From Acidilobaceae archaeon (lineage in GTDB: Archaea > Thermoproteota > Thermoprotei_A > Sulfolobales > Acidilobaceae), in assembly GCA_038897215.1 (NCBI GenBank), contig JAWAWX010000001.1:608001-672000 (forward strand): a DNA stretch of 64,000 nt, given 5' to 3'. The notes under the pieces were generated by a model, which saw only the letters and a list, made by a program, of their open reading frames with translations, was not told where the DNA came from and did no database searches. Made by a program: the position numbers and the translations under genes. This document shows positions 1 through 10,107 of the stretch, piece after piece. How positions within the stretch are numbered: the first letter of the stretch is position 1; every line of letters begins with the position of its first letter.

Positions 1-1375
1 CTATAGCGATTATCGTAGTGTAAGCAATAAGACCGAGTAGCGTCCCGAAAGCGCCTGGGAGAATTATCTTGAACGCTAATCCGACCACTATGCCTGAAAG
101 CAGGGGAGATATGGTCCTGGCTCCCTCGTAGAGGATCTGGACGACCCCTCTACCCCAGATCGCTATAGCGTAGACTAGAGCCGAGAAGACAGCCATAGCT
201 AGCTGAGCTACGAGGAAACCGTAGACTCCAGCAACGCTAGTGAGCACTATGGCTAGAGGAAGAGAGGCTAGAGAGAGCGTCGCGGATATCCTAGAGTACT
301 CTAGAACCCTCCCTCTAGCCACTAGAAACGAGCCTGCTAGCTGATAGCCTAAAGGAGATAGAAGGAAGGGGGCTATGATGAAGTAGAAGTACGACGGAGC
401 AAGCTCAAACCTACCACCAAACAGGATTTCGACAATTAAGTCTATCGAGAGCACTAAGAACCCGGCTACAGCCACTAGGACTAGAGAAGAGCGCTCTACA
501 GCTAGGCGGAAGCCTTCTAGAGCTCGAGAATTCTCCCCTCTAGAGGATGCCACTAAAGCTGCTGTCTGGAGAGCGCTCGTTATCTGCTGTATAGGAGTCG
601 CTAGTCTAGATGCTAGAGCTAGATTACCTACCTCTAGGTCTAGAGCGACTCTATACAAGAATCCAGTCTTCACGCTATCTATAATCATAGAAGCTATGCT
701 TGATGCATGGAGAGGGAGAGATCTAGCTAGTAGCATCGCTTGAGCCGAAAGAGCTGGAGCCTCGACTCCCCCCACGACTCTATAGGCTATCAGAACGCTT
801 GCTAAACCCATCGAGAGAAACGTGAGTGACTGACCTAGGAGAAACCCGAGAACCCCGTAGCCTAGAAGTACTAGCGTTATCGAGAGAGCTACTCTCAAAG
901 CTGTAGAGAGCAGAGTGAGTGCTGCCGAGAGATGGAATAAACCGAGCCCGTTTAGAGCCGCTTGAGACACTGTGAGTGTCGAGACTCCAACCACGTAGGG
1001 AGCTAGGACGATTAGGTACCCTGCTAGCTCCCGCCTACCTAGCAGAGAAGCCAGCCACGAGGATGCAACTATCTGAGAGAAGGCTAGAGCTGAGGATGTA
1101 GCCAAGACTAGTATCAGCGCTGAGGAGTAGAATCTCCTCCTCGAAGAGTAGCTAGTCTCAGAAGCCACGACGCTACTGAGGACACCGCTGAGGCTGAAAC
1201 CCGCTAGAGCGGTCATCACTGTGGGGATTAGGAGAGAGACTGCGGCGAGGCCGTAGCCCTCAGGCCCTAGTAGCCTAGCTACAGCTATGCTACCTAAAGC
1301 CGCTATAGCTATAGATGCGTAGTTAGCTATCGTTATCGAGACACCGGCTTTCACGAAGACCTCGCTTAGCCTCAT
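1..1375 (-). CDS. Wzx/MOP-family oligosaccharide flippase (3' end runs off the left edge of the window)
   Basis: Not in the ORF track. Manual translation from ATG 1375, which overlaps the TGA of the RpiB gene: MRLSEVFVKAGVSITIANYASIAIAALGSIAVARLLGPEGYG... 'ARLLGPEGYG' is typical of polysaccharide flippases, and the protein is hydrophobic throughout. Confidence 0.8.
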   Translation of the reverse strand, partial: MRLSEVFVKAGVSITIANYASIAIAALGSIAVARLLGPEGYGLAAVSLLIPTVMTALAGFSLSGVLSSVVASETSYSSRRRFYSSALILVLATSSALAFSQIVASSWLASLLGRRELAGYLIVLAPYVVGVSTLTVSQAALNGLGLFHLSAALTLLSTALRVALSITLVLLGYGVLGFLLGQSLTFLSMGLASVLIAYRVVGGVEAPALSAQAMLLARSLPLHASSIASMIIDSVKTGFLYRVALDLEVGNLALASRLATPIQQITSALQTAALVASSRGENSRALEGFRLAVERSSLVLVAVAGFLVLSIDLIVEILFGGRFELAPSYFYFIIAPFLLSPLGYQLAGSFLVARGRVLEYSRISATLSLASLPLAIVLTSVAGVYGFLVAQLAMAVFSALVYAIAIWGRGVVQILYEGARTISPLLSGIVVGLAFKIILPGAFGTLLGLIAYTTIIAI

Positions 1376-1842
1376 CTGCTCGCTTTGCATCTCTCTTCAT
1401 CATATCTCTTAAGGTACTCTATGTTCTCTCTCTCAGACTCATCTATGCTCGTGACCGAAAGCCAAGCCTCTATGATCTCTCTAGCTAAGATCTCGGTTAC
1501 CAGCCTGCCGCTCATTGCAAGCACGTTCGCGTCATTCCACAACCTCGCTCCTCTAGCTGTAACAGGGTCGTTGCATAGAGCTGCCCTGACGCCACACACT
1601 TTGTTAGCCGCTATGGAGACCCCCGTGCCCGTATAGCAGACTAAAACACCCCAGTCTGCTTCTCCTCGAGCAACAGCTTCAGCAACCTCTAACGCCACGT
1701 GAGGCCACGGCTCTGGCTTGCTCGAAGCCATTGAGCCGAACTTCTTGACCTTGAATCCTCTCTGCTCAAGGTACTCTACTACAGCTCTAGCAGCTGGGTA
1801 CACGTCGTCCGAGCCGACTGCTACAACGGGCACTCTAGCCAC
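1372..1842 (-). CDS. rpiB: RpiB/LacA/LacB family sugar-phosphate isomerase
   Basis: VLVCYTGTGVSIAANKVCGVRAA and ARLWNDANVLAM motifs. Confidence 0.85.
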   Translation of the reverse strand: MARVPVVAVGSDDVYPAARAVVEYLEQRGFKVKKFGSMASSKPEPWPHVALEVAEAVARGEADWGVLVCYTGTGVSIAANKVCGVRAALCNDPVTARGARLWNDANVLAMSGRLVTEILAREIIEAWLSVTSIDESERENIEYLKRYDEERCKASR

Positions 1843-1890
1843 CTTCTCCTCTCTCTTTTGAGCCGAGATTTTTCTATCTGAGAAGCAGAG

Positions 1891-4272
1891 CTACCGGTCT
1901 ACCCACTTGTAGATGAAGACTAGAACAGCGTACCTCTCCACGGAGTCTCTGCGGCTGACCTCGTGGAACACGTCGACTACCACTGCTTCAAGCACGAAGC
2001 TCTCCGGGGGCTCAGCGAAGATGAATTGCAGAGCTCCTGTCGCTGGATCGAAGACCGCTGGTAGGGTTAGGCTAGTGTTCGCTAGGAAGCCGCAGCTTCC
2101 GAGACACTTCCTAGAGAGTTCTAGCACGCCGTGAGTAGCCAGCCTGTATATGAGTGTCGACTTGACTTTCTCCACGTTGCTCGAAGGGCTACCTGCAAAG
2201 CCTGGGAACATGTACGCTACTCTGTTAACTCCCCGAGTAACCGAGTAGTAGTCCGTGTCTAGGAAGCTGGGAGCGCTCGGGTCTACTCTATGAGCTATTC
2301 TCAGCATTTGGAAGGATTTGGGGAAGTCTGCTAAGCCATGCACTACGTAGTACGTGTTCCCTATTGTCTGAATGCTGGGCATTGGGAACACGTAGAGTAC
2401 CGGGTCTTCTCGGATAGAGTGGAGCACGAAGACCTCGTAGAAGACTATGTATGTCTGGTTGGGGTTGAGGCCTAAGAGCTTTAGGAGAGCTATCGCTTCA
2501 GCCTCGCTCGAGCTAGTTAGGATGCGAGCCAGTAGCCTGATGTGTGTTTCATTCCACGTAGAGCCGTCTGCGATAGTCCTTCTCCCGGCATCGACTGAGA
2601 TCCAGTACCCGTAGTCCCACCAGCTGACGATCACGTCTTCTCTCGAAGTGTTATGCTTCAAGTATTCGAGAGCCCTAATCCACGCGTTGTTTAACGGTAC
2701 TACAGTCTCCCCGCCGATAGCTAGAGGCCCGAGCCCCGCTGTGAGTATTTGGGGAGCTCTGAGGCTATTCACCTCGTAGCTAGCGTGAACACTGTAGCCG
2801 AGGAATACCAGGAGAAGAGCTATGATGCTCACTGTGAAAACTATCCTGACCTCGGGGCTCAGAACCGAGGCTCCGCTATACTCTCTAGTCCTCGCTTTCT
2901 CTCTTTTTCCAGAAACCTCTCTAGGGGATAAAGCTAGGTAGGCTTTGCTCACAAGCCCGAGAGATACTCCTGAAGCTATGGTGGTGTAGAGTACAGCTAT
3001 CTGCAGGAAGTACGCCATATTGTAGCTCGCGTAAGCCATCAGTAGAGCCATAGACCCTAGTGTGAGAGCAACGTGGATAGAGAGATTACCCCGACCTCTA
3101 TAAGACTCGAGAGCAGAGAACACTAGCCCGGTCAGCGTGAAGAAAACAGGAACCCCTAGCTCCGGAATCAGTGCTCCCAATCCCAGAGGCTGGTGCTCGC
3201 TAACGCTCTCAGCTAGCGGGCTAAATCCTCTAACTCCTAGCGCGAGAAGAACTCTCCCAGGGACGCTGATCACTTCTAGATGTATCAGCACGAATCCTAC
3301 CACAGCACCCGAAGCTATGAGCCATAAGTGCTGAAGCCTAGTGTACGGAAACAGCTTCTCATCAAAACCTAGACTCTTCCAGGCTAGGATTGCAATGTAT
3401 GCTATGAGAGCAGCTAGCGGGATGAAACCCATGCCTTTAGCAAAGTAGAGAATAGACACCGCGGGAGACGCGGAGACAACTACAGCCATAGCTGTTAGAG
3501 TCACTGCGTAGACTAGAGCACGCTCTCTACTAGCAGACCCGTAGACTAGGAAGTCTAGGAGAATAGCTAGAGCTAAAGACAAAGCGATGAAGTGATAGCC
3601 TCCCCAAATGAAGGCAACAAAGCCGCCCACCGCGCCGGCTAGAACTGCTAGGGTCAGAGAGCGGGAGGAGCTCTTGGAGGAGAGAGCCTCGTAGAAGAGA
3701 ATGTAGTGTAGAGTTATGGGTAGGAAAGCGATAGTCATCTTCTCAACGAACCCAACAGTGGTTCTCGAGAGTGCTGAGGGGAGGAGAGAGTATAGCGCTG
3801 CAGCTACGAGAGCACCGCTATGAGACCCCGTGACTCTATATACGAGAAGATATGCTAGAATACATGTCAGAACGTAGGCTATCACGGGCTGGAGAGCTAC
3901 CCACTCGCGTAGAGTGAGCTCGGAGACGAGAGAGACTATGTGGTACGTTGCCGCGGACAACCAGCCTACTCCTATATACTCTCGTCTGAGCAGGTCTCTC
4001 CCGAGAGGATGCCAGAAGAGATCCTGGTCTTGTAGCTCGCTGAAGGAGAAGAGCCCTCTCTCGTAGAAGTGTTTAGCTATATAATACATTATGAAGGGGT
4101 CTGCCTCATCTAGCTCGAGCCCGTACTTCACTGCTGGAAGGAGCCTGAGATAGGTCCCTGTGGCTAGCACTAGAACTAGTAGCAGAACACAGACGAGACT
4201 CCACTTCTCTCTAAGAGCTTCTATGAGTAAGTTCGACCATCTCCTTCTCTCTCTCAAAGCCTGAAACCTCAC
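1891..4272 (-). CDS. aglB: Oligosaccharyltransferase AglB (STT3 family)
   Basis: N-terminal multi-TM region with EADP and SVSEH motifs, and the SWWDYGYWI signature. Confidence 0.95.
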   Translation of the reverse strand: MRFQALRERRRWSNLLIEALREKWSLVCVLLLVLVLATGTYLRLLPAVKYGLELDEADPFIMYYIAKHFYERGLFSFSELQDQDLFWHPLGRDLLRREYIGVGWLSAATYHIVSLVSELTLREWVALQPVIAYVLTCILAYLLVYRVTGSHSGALVAAALYSLLPSALSRTTVGFVEKMTIAFLPITLHYILFYEALSSKSSSRSLTLAVLAGAVGGFVAFIWGGYHFIALSLALAILLDFLVYGSASRERALVYAVTLTAMAVVVSASPAVSILYFAKGMGFIPLAALIAYIAILAWKSLGFDEKLFPYTRLQHLWLIASGAVVGFVLIHLEVISVPGRVLLALGVRGFSPLAESVSEHQPLGLGALIPELGVPVFFTLTGLVFSALESYRGRGNLSIHVALTLGSMALLMAYASYNMAYFLQIAVLYTTIASGVSLGLVSKAYLALSPREVSGKREKARTREYSGASVLSPEVRIVFTVSIIALLLVFLGYSVHASYEVNSLRAPQILTAGLGPLAIGGETVVPLNNAWIRALEYLKHNTSREDVIVSWWDYGYWISVDAGRRTIADGSTWNETHIRLLARILTSSSEAEAIALLKLLGLNPNQTYIVFYEVFVLHSIREDPVLYVFPMPSIQTIGNTYYVVHGLADFPKSFQMLRIAHRVDPSAPSFLDTDYYSVTRGVNRVAYMFPGFAGSPSSNVEKVKSTLIYRLATHGVLELSRKCLGSCGFLANTSLTLPAVFDPATGALQFIFAEPPESFVLEAVVVDVFHEVSRRDSVERYAVLVFIYKWVDR

Positions 4273-4388
4273 TCGCCCTATCTAGAGCAAGACTCTTCCG
4301 TATTTAAGCTGTTGACTCTTCTACTAGCGCTATGTGCTGAAAGCTAGATAGCTATTAAGCTTCGCCTCCTCCCCTATCCGGGGGGCGG

Positions 4389-4748
4389 ATGGCTAGAATC
4401 GACGTAGAGGAGTTTAGAGGCGTTCTAGACTACCTCCTTAAGCATTACGAGAAGCTAGAAAGCATGGAGAGAAGGCTTTCTCAAATAGCCAGCTCGGAGC
4501 TAGAGGCTACTCGAGTCAAGCTCTGGAAGATAGCTCTAGGAGGGCTTATAAGCAAATACAAGACTCTCATAGAGGACTTGAATAGAGGAGAGTCTATATC
4601 AGTCGTGATCGATGCCTGCAAGATTAGAGACGAGGTGAGCAGATTACTGAGCGAGTACTCGAGAGACGAGGACCTAATAGCGCCAGTTAGGCCTGCTCTC
4701 GCTAAGATCTACGCTGACGCGCTAGAGATATGTGGTGAGAGCCCCTAA
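4389..4748 (+). CDS. Hypothetical helical protein
   Basis: ATG start with GGGGG upstream, host-like codon usage; no recognisable motif. Confidence 0.7.
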   Translation: MARIDVEEFRGVLDYLLKHYEKLESMERRLSQIASSELEATRVKLWKIALGGLISKYKTLIEDLNRGESISVVIDACKIRDEVSRLLSEYSRDEDLIAPVRPALAKIYADALEICGESP

Positions 4749-4848
4749 GAGGTCGTGTCTCCAGGACTATGGCTCTCCTCGAGAGCGAGCTGTGTGGTTT
4801 AAAGAGGCGAGAGCTGAGCAACCGGTTTAGAGGGCTGGCTATTGAGAG

Positions 4849-5439
4849 TTGGTGGTTGAGATGCGCTTGCCGAGTCTAGAACAGGAGGTTTACGAGCCGC
4901 TCTCGTGGATAGCTGGAATCTCTGCTATCCTCATAGCTTTCATGGGGCCATCTCTTCTAGATATCGACGCGCTAGCAGACCCCCGCTGGTTAGGCGTAAT
5001 CGCTGGAGTCTTGGTTGGATTCGTGGCTCACGAGTTGATGCATAGAAATGTGGCTAGAGCCTACGGGCTGTCTGCTGAGTTCGTAGCGTACACTCCCGGG
5101 CTCTTAGTTACAGTCTTCTCGGCTCTGCTTCCAGTGAGGATCCTAGTGCCGGGCTATGTGAGGATCCGGGGGGTCTCTACTAGGAGAGGCTATGCTCTCT
5201 CTATAGCTGGAGGGCCTTCCGCCAACATATTCATCGCTATGCTCGGAGCGATCTCGCACAGTCTTCTAGGCTATCCAGCGAGTAGATTCGTGGAGGGAGT
5301 CGTCGAGGTCAACCTCTGGCTAGCTTTCTTCAACCTGCTCCCAATCCCCCCGCTAGACGGGTATAGGCTAGCTTCTCTAGACGCTAGGATATGGCTCTGT
5401 CTCCTAGCTCTCGTGGTCCTAGCCTGGATTCTCTGGTGA
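4849..5439 (+). CDS. Site-2 (M50) intramembrane zinc protease
   Basis: HELMH zinc motif, GGP, NLLPIPPLDG. Confidence 0.9.
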   Translation: MVVEMRLPSLEQEVYEPLSWIAGISAILIAFMGPSLLDIDALADPRWLGVIAGVLVGFVAHELMHRNVARAYGLSAEFVAYTPGLLVTVFSALLPVRILVPGYVRIRGVSTRRGYALSIAGGPSANIFIAMLGAISHSLLGYPASRFVEGVVEVNLWLAFFNLLPIPPLDGYRLASLDARIWLCLLALVVLAWILW

Positions 5440-5445
5440 GAGTCT

Positions 5446-5979
5446 TTGAGGAGAGCTAGGAGAGTACTCCTCTTCGGTAGGTTTCAGCCATTCCATTTGG
5501 GGCACGTCGCTCTCACTAGATGGGCTCTCTTCGAGCTGGGATTCGATGAAATAGTGTTCCTGGTGGGGATGGCGTCAGAGAACTATACTCCAAGAAACCC
5601 CTTCACGGCGGGTGAGCGCATCGAGATGATCAGACTCTCGCTGAGCGACGAGAGGCTACCTCTAGAGAGAGTCGTTACAGCCACGATTAGAACCATGGAG
5701 ATAAACATAGGCAACATGTTCTACGTGCTCTCCTACGTCCCCAGAGTAGAGGCTATAATGACTAGGAACCCAGTGCTAGCCAAGATGGCCTCGGACGCGG
5801 GGTTGAGGGTCGTGGTGCCTCCTAGCTTTAATAGAGATGAGTGGAGAGGAGAGACGATAAGACTCAAGATAGCTAGAGGCGATGAGACTTGGAGAAGAGC
5901 CCTCACGCCATCTACCGCGTCTTTCATCGAGGAGATTGGGGGAGTTGAGAGGATCCGAGCTATCCTCTCTCAGGACTAG
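5446..5979 (+). CDS. nadM: Nicotinamide-nucleotide adenylyltransferase
   Basis: GRFQPFHLGH and NPFTAGERIEMI. Confidence 0.92.
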   Translation: MRRARRVLLFGRFQPFHLGHVALTRWALFELGFDEIVFLVGMASENYTPRNPFTAGERIEMIRLSLSDERLPLERVVTATIRTMEINIGNMFYVLSYVPRVEAIMTRNPVLAKMASDAGLRVVVPPSFNRDEWRGETIRLKIARGDETWRRALTPSTASFIEEIGGVERIRAILSQD

Positions 5980-5982
5980 AGG

Positions 5983-7110
5983 CTAGAACTGATACTGGAC
6001 CCTGTATCTGAGAACCCCGGCTAGCCCCCCGAATGTCTCGAGAAACCAGGGGGCTTCCGGCACGCCTGATGGGATTACTATGACTTTAGCCCCTCTAGAC
6101 TCTCCCTCCTGCTTCCAGGAGTCCTTGTCTTCTCTGTTCTCATGCACTAGTAAAGTCTTAACTGCTCCCATCTCGAGAGCTAGCTTCACTTCCTTATCTC
6201 CATAGACAGCCATCCCCGTCATCTGAGCTAAGTGGAGCTTGAATTCTTCGAGTGCTTCTACAGCCTCTCTGTAGATCTGTGCTTGTATCACATCTCTAGC
6301 CTTCATGACTGCCTCTTTCAGACCCTCGTATCCCTGGTACGCTACGTCTACTAGCTCCTTGGAGACTAGCTGAGCTAGCCTGTAGTCTAGGAAGCCTCCT
6401 TTGACGAAGTCTTGCTTAGCGTAGCCGGGACCTGCTACTATGACCGCTTTGAGCACTCCCTTCTCTAGGAGTGGGAGAAACTTGCTGTTAGCTGCTTCAC
6501 CTACCTTCTTGAAGAACTCTTCGACCATCTGCTCTATTATCCTATCGTATCTCCTCTGGCTCTGGCCTCCTTTCTCGTGCTTTCCTGGGACGAAGCCTTC
6601 TAGCTCGTCTAGCACCTCTATCCTGCCTCCTTTAAGGAGCCCTATTGTTGCTTGGTCTCTCTCAACTATGATTATGCCTACTGCCTCTTTCTCCTCGACC
6701 ATGTCTTCTAGGAACGATGTTATGAACTCCTTCTCGGTCCTGTAGTAGAAGACTGGGACCTTCTCGGGGGGTGAGAACGTTAGGCATATGAAGTCCCCTG
6801 TGTCCATGTTCTCTCCGCAGAACACTACTAAGCCATTGGGGGGAGTCTTCGGGATCATCTGGATCCTGTCTATGGCAGCGCTTAGAGCTCTCTTGACAGC
6901 CTGCCGTGTCCTCTTCAGCTTTATGTTATCCGTGATCGAGAACTCTTGCCTCAGCAGTTGGAGGACGTCTGTGAGAGGCTTCCCTGGGGGGACGTAGAGG
7001 CTTAGGAGGACCGTGGCTGGAGCCTGCCAGCTCTTCAGCTCTCTTATGATCTTAGCTAGCTCTTCTCTGCTCACCTTCAGCTTCTCTAGCACCTCTTCTC
7101 TGCTGCTCAT
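5983..7110 (-). CDS. prf1: Peptide chain release factor aRF1
   Basis: NIKL (NIKS-like) and GGQSQRRY motifs; LLSLYVPP. Confidence 0.95.
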   Translation of the reverse strand: MSSREEVLEKLKVSREELAKIIRELKSWQAPATVLLSLYVPPGKPLTDVLQLLRQEFSITDNIKLKRTRQAVKRALSAAIDRIQMIPKTPPNGLVVFCGENMDTGDFICLTFSPPEKVPVFYYRTEKEFITSFLEDMVEEKEAVGIIIVERDQATIGLLKGGRIEVLDELEGFVPGKHEKGGQSQRRYDRIIEQMVEEFFKKVGEAANSKFLPLLEKGVLKAVIVAGPGYAKQDFVKGGFLDYRLAQLVSKELVDVAYQGYEGLKEAVMKARDVIQAQIYREAVEALEEFKLHLAQMTGMAVYGDKEVKLALEMGAVKTLLVHENREDKDSWKQEGESRGAKVIVIPSGVPEAPWFLETFGGLAGVLRYRVQYQF

Positions 7111-7184
7111 CTCTCTTACCCTATCAGGTAGCCTCTCTCAGCTATCGCTGAGCAGAGCTTAAAGATTGAGAGGCCCCGGTTTAG

Positions 7185-8123
7185 TCATGGGATTAGGAGT
7201 GATAAGACTGCTTTCTGAGCGTGTAGCCTGTTCTCCGCCTGGTCCCACACGACGCTCTGAGGCCCGTCTATGACCTCGTCTGTCACCTCTTCGCCCCTCC
7301 TAGCTGGGAGGCAGTGCATGAAGATAGCCTTGTCTCCAGCTAGGCTCATCAGCTCTCCGTTGACTTGGTATGGCTTCAAGAGTCTCTTCTTGAGCTCAGC
7401 CACATCCTCTTGACCCATGCTGACCCAGACGTCCGTGTAGACCACGTCCGCTCCTCTGACGGCTTCTCTGGGGTCTTCTATGAACTCTATGGTGGCTCCC
7501 GTCTTCTCAGCCTCTCTCAGCGATGCTGCTAGTAGCTCTGGGTGAGGTCTAAGCTGGGGTGGTGATGAGATGACTATGTGGAGACCGAGCTTGGCTCCGG
7601 CTACTATCAGACTGTTAAGCACGTTGTCGGAGCCGTCTCCGACGAATACTAGCTTCACTCCCCTCAGTCTCCCCTTCTTCTCGAGTATCGTCATCATGTC
7701 TGCTAGAGCTTGGAGAGGGTGGCTCACGTCGCTGAGCCCGTTTATCACGGGCACGCTCGAGTAGCGAGCTAGCTCGACTAGAGTCTCGTGCTTCCTCACT
7801 CTAGCGACTATCCCGTCGACGTATCTCGATAGAGTTCTAGCTGTGTCAGCCACGCTCTCTCCTCTAGCTAGCTGGAGCTCATCCCACCTCATGTAGAGAG
7901 CTCTCGCTCCAAGCTGGTGCGCTGCGACCTCGAGGCTCACTCTAGTCCTCGTGCTAGGCTTCTCGAAGAGTAGAGCTATGACTCTCCCCTCTAGGAGGGG
8001 GATTATTCTCTCTCCTCTACGCTGTCTCTCCTTGAGTTCGAGACCTCTCCTGATGATCTCCTCGACTTCGCTCGACTCGTAGTCCACTAGTTCAAGCAAA
8101 TGCCTGCCTCTAAGAGTTCTCAA
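7185..8123 (-). CDS. argF: Ornithine carbamoyltransferase
   Basis: STRTR, HPLQ, DVWVSMG, FMHCLP, QAENRLH. Confidence 0.95.
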   Translation of the reverse strand: MRTLRGRHLLELVDYESSEVEEIIRRGLELKERQRRGERIIPLLEGRVIALLFEKPSTRTRVSLEVAAHQLGARALYMRWDELQLARGESVADTARTLSRYVDGIVARVRKHETLVELARYSSVPVINGLSDVSHPLQALADMMTILEKKGRLRGVKLVFVGDGSDNVLNSLIVAGAKLGLHIVISSPPQLRPHPELLAASLREAEKTGATIEFIEDPREAVRGADVVYTDVWVSMGQEDVAELKKRLLKPYQVNGELMSLAGDKAIFMHCLPARRGEEVTDEVIDGPQSVVWDQAENRLHAQKAVLSLLIP

Positions 8124-8142
8124 GGAGGCTCAGCCTCCGAGA

Positions 8143-8412
8143 CTAGGAGCCTAGAGCTTCTCTTAAGTCTTCCTCGGTTATACCTAAGTCCTCCTCCGTG
8201 AGCTCTACCTCTAGCTCTGCTAGGAACGACACCAGGTCTCCTATAGCGACCTCGTCTCGAAACACTAGGCTCTTCACGTCATCCCAGCTCTTCACTCTAA
8301 CACCGAAGTCCTCCCAAGCCCATTCAGCTACCTCCTCGAGACTACAGTGCTCTCTGAGCTTCTCGTAGAGCCTAGTCTTCAGCCTAGCTAGTCTCTCCCT
8401 TCTAGAGGCCAA
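8143..8412 (-). CDS. Small acidic hypothetical protein
   Basis: TTG start with GGGGG SD; co-oriented with argF. Confidence 0.7.
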   Translation of the reverse strand: MASRRERLARLKTRLYEKLREHCSLEEVAEWAWEDFGVRVKSWDDVKSLVFRDEVAIGDLVSFLAELEVELTEEDLGITEEDLREALGS

Positions 8413-8475
8413 TTCTCAGCCCCCTCTCTTTATTAACTCGAATAGCTTTATCTAAGCAGAGCGGGCAAGAACCTC

Positions 8476-9072
8476 TTGATCGAACTCTTAGAGAGCCTCG
8501 TGAAGCCTGAGAGAGGAGGGAGGCCTTCCTTCACTCTCTACCACATCTACGTAGCTCTTAGAGAGCTGAGGAGAGAGCCTCTAGGAAGACCTACTCTCTC
8601 CAGAGTCTTGGAGTTAAGCGATTCCTCGGTGAAGACTCTACTAGCTAGGCTCGAGAAGAGAGGGCTAGTAGCTAGGAGTAGAGGAGGAGCCTACCTAACC
8701 GAGGCGGGAGCCGAACTCCTAGACTGGCTAGAGTCTAGACTCTCGATCTGCGAGACGAGTCTGAGCATCGAGCAGTGGGGGAGAGTCGCTGTAATCACTG
8801 TAGCGTGCGTTAACCCCCCGGTTAGAGAGGTTGACGCTCTAGCATACAGAGACTTCTTCATATCAGCTGGTTGCAGTAAAGCCATGATAGGAGGGCTTGT
8901 CGAGAAGAGGATAACTATGCCCGGGCTGCCTCCAGACCTAGAGGAGAAGATTAGCTCCGAGGTCTCCAGATGCGTTCCTCGAGATAGAGAGAGGCTCGTA
9001 GCCATAGTGAGCTATGAGGAGCTCAGCAAAGCGTGTAACGCTCTCCTGAGTGTCTTCAAGCAATGCCTTTAA
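8476..9072 (+). CDS. wHTH protein, DUF4443-like putative regulator
   Basis: N-terminal wHTH (PLGRPTLSRVLELSDSSVKTLLARL...RGGAYLT) plus an alpha/beta C-terminal domain. Confidence 0.7.
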   Translation: MIELLESLVKPERGGRPSFTLYHIYVALRELRREPLGRPTLSRVLELSDSSVKTLLARLEKRGLVARSRGGAYLTEAGAELLDWLESRLSICETSLSIEQWGRVAVITVACVNPPVREVDALAYRDFFISAGCSKAMIGGLVEKRITMPGLPPDLEEKISSEVSRCVPRDRERLVAIVSYEELSKACNALLSVFKQCL

Positions 9073-9252
9073 CCGGGGAGTTAACGGGTTTCAATCATTA
9101 CGAGAGAAGCTCGAGACCTAAAGCTACTACTTCTAGAGTGCGCTCTACTCTAGCCTAGTAGTACTCACGCGCGTAAACCCAAATTATACAAACTCTTTTC
9201 TAAGAAGCTTAGCTAGCTCAGAGAGAGCCTTGAGTAACACTAGTTGTAGTTA
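9068..9252. other. Candidate WhiP-associated replication origin core (motif copy plus AT-rich tract)
   Basis: Convergent intergenic gap beside whiP. TTTAACCGGGGAGTTAAC at 9068-9085 and AT-rich AAACCCAAATTATACAAACTCTTTTCTAAGAA at ~9175-9206. Confidence 0.55.
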
Positions 9253-10014
9253 CTACAGAGAGGGCTCTGGGCTCGAGCACTTATCTAGAAGCTCTTTCAG
9301 ATTCTTCGAGAACCCTACTCTAACCCCTAGTCTCGGGTCTGTGTATATGTAGAGGAGCCCCTTACTCTGAAGAGTTCTCAGTACTCTCATGAGCCAAGAG
9401 TAGTCTGCTTCGAGCTTCTCCTGGAGCTGGTCTACATACATGTAGGTTGTGCCCCATCTAGCGTAGTGTGAGGCTAGGTGAGCTAAGACTTCGAACTCAT
9501 CCTCGCTTATCAAGCTTCTGAGCTTGGAGAGAGCGCAGGTAACCGTGGAGACTCTCTCTTGTAGTTTACTGCCGGCTTTACCCGTTAGCTCGGCAGTAAA
9601 CGGCAAGACTTGCTCAGAGGGAGTGGAGCGAGCTGGCTGAGCCTTGTCTTTTATTGCCTGCTTTACGCTAGACGAGAGGATCCTCTGGGCTATGAGAGCG
9701 TACTCGTCGAGAGAGCTCTTCCTAGCCTCCCTCATGTAGATAGACCTAGCGTACTCCTCTCCTCTAGCTGTGAGATACCAGAGCCCCGAGCTGTACTCAA
9801 CGTAGCCTCTGACCCTCCAGTAAGACAGGTAGCTCGACACGTACCTAGAGCTCAGCCCTAGGACCTCAGCGATCTCCGCTGACCTCATGGGTCTGGAGAG
9901 GAGGAGCAAGAATATCGAGTCCACTACTCTGCTACGCGGCCCGCTTCTCTCTCTCTTCTCTAGAGCTCTCTCTAGTAGCTTCTCCTCATCTCTCGCTCTC
10001 CACTCGATGCTCAG
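9253..10014 (-). CDS. whiP: Winged-helix replication initiator WhiP (probable CTG start at 10014; ORF track starts at 9924)
   Basis: Two wHTH domains with GPRSRVVDSIFLLLLSRPMRSAEIA...YVSSYLSYW and GLLYIYTD motifs typical of crenarchaeal WhiP. The frame is open to 10026, and GGGGCGGGG precedes the CTG. Confidence 0.85.
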   Translation of the reverse strand: MSIEWRARDEEKLLERALEKRERSGPRSRVVDSIFLLLLSRPMRSAEIAEVLGLSSRYVSSYLSYWRVRGYVEYSSGLWYLTARGEEYARSIYMREARKSSLDEYALIAQRILSSSVKQAIKDKAQPARSTPSEQVLPFTAELTGKAGSKLQERVSTVTCALSKLRSLISEDEFEVLAHLASHYARWGTTYMYVDQLQEKLEADYSWLMRVLRTLQSKGLLYIYTDPRLGVRVGFSKNLKELLDKCSSPEPSL

Positions 10015-10107
10015 AGCTCCCCGCCCCTAGCTGGGGGTAGGCTATATCGGCTCTTGCTCAGAGAGCCTCGGTCTTACGCTAGTTTAACCCCCCGGTTAAC
10101 GGCTCGG

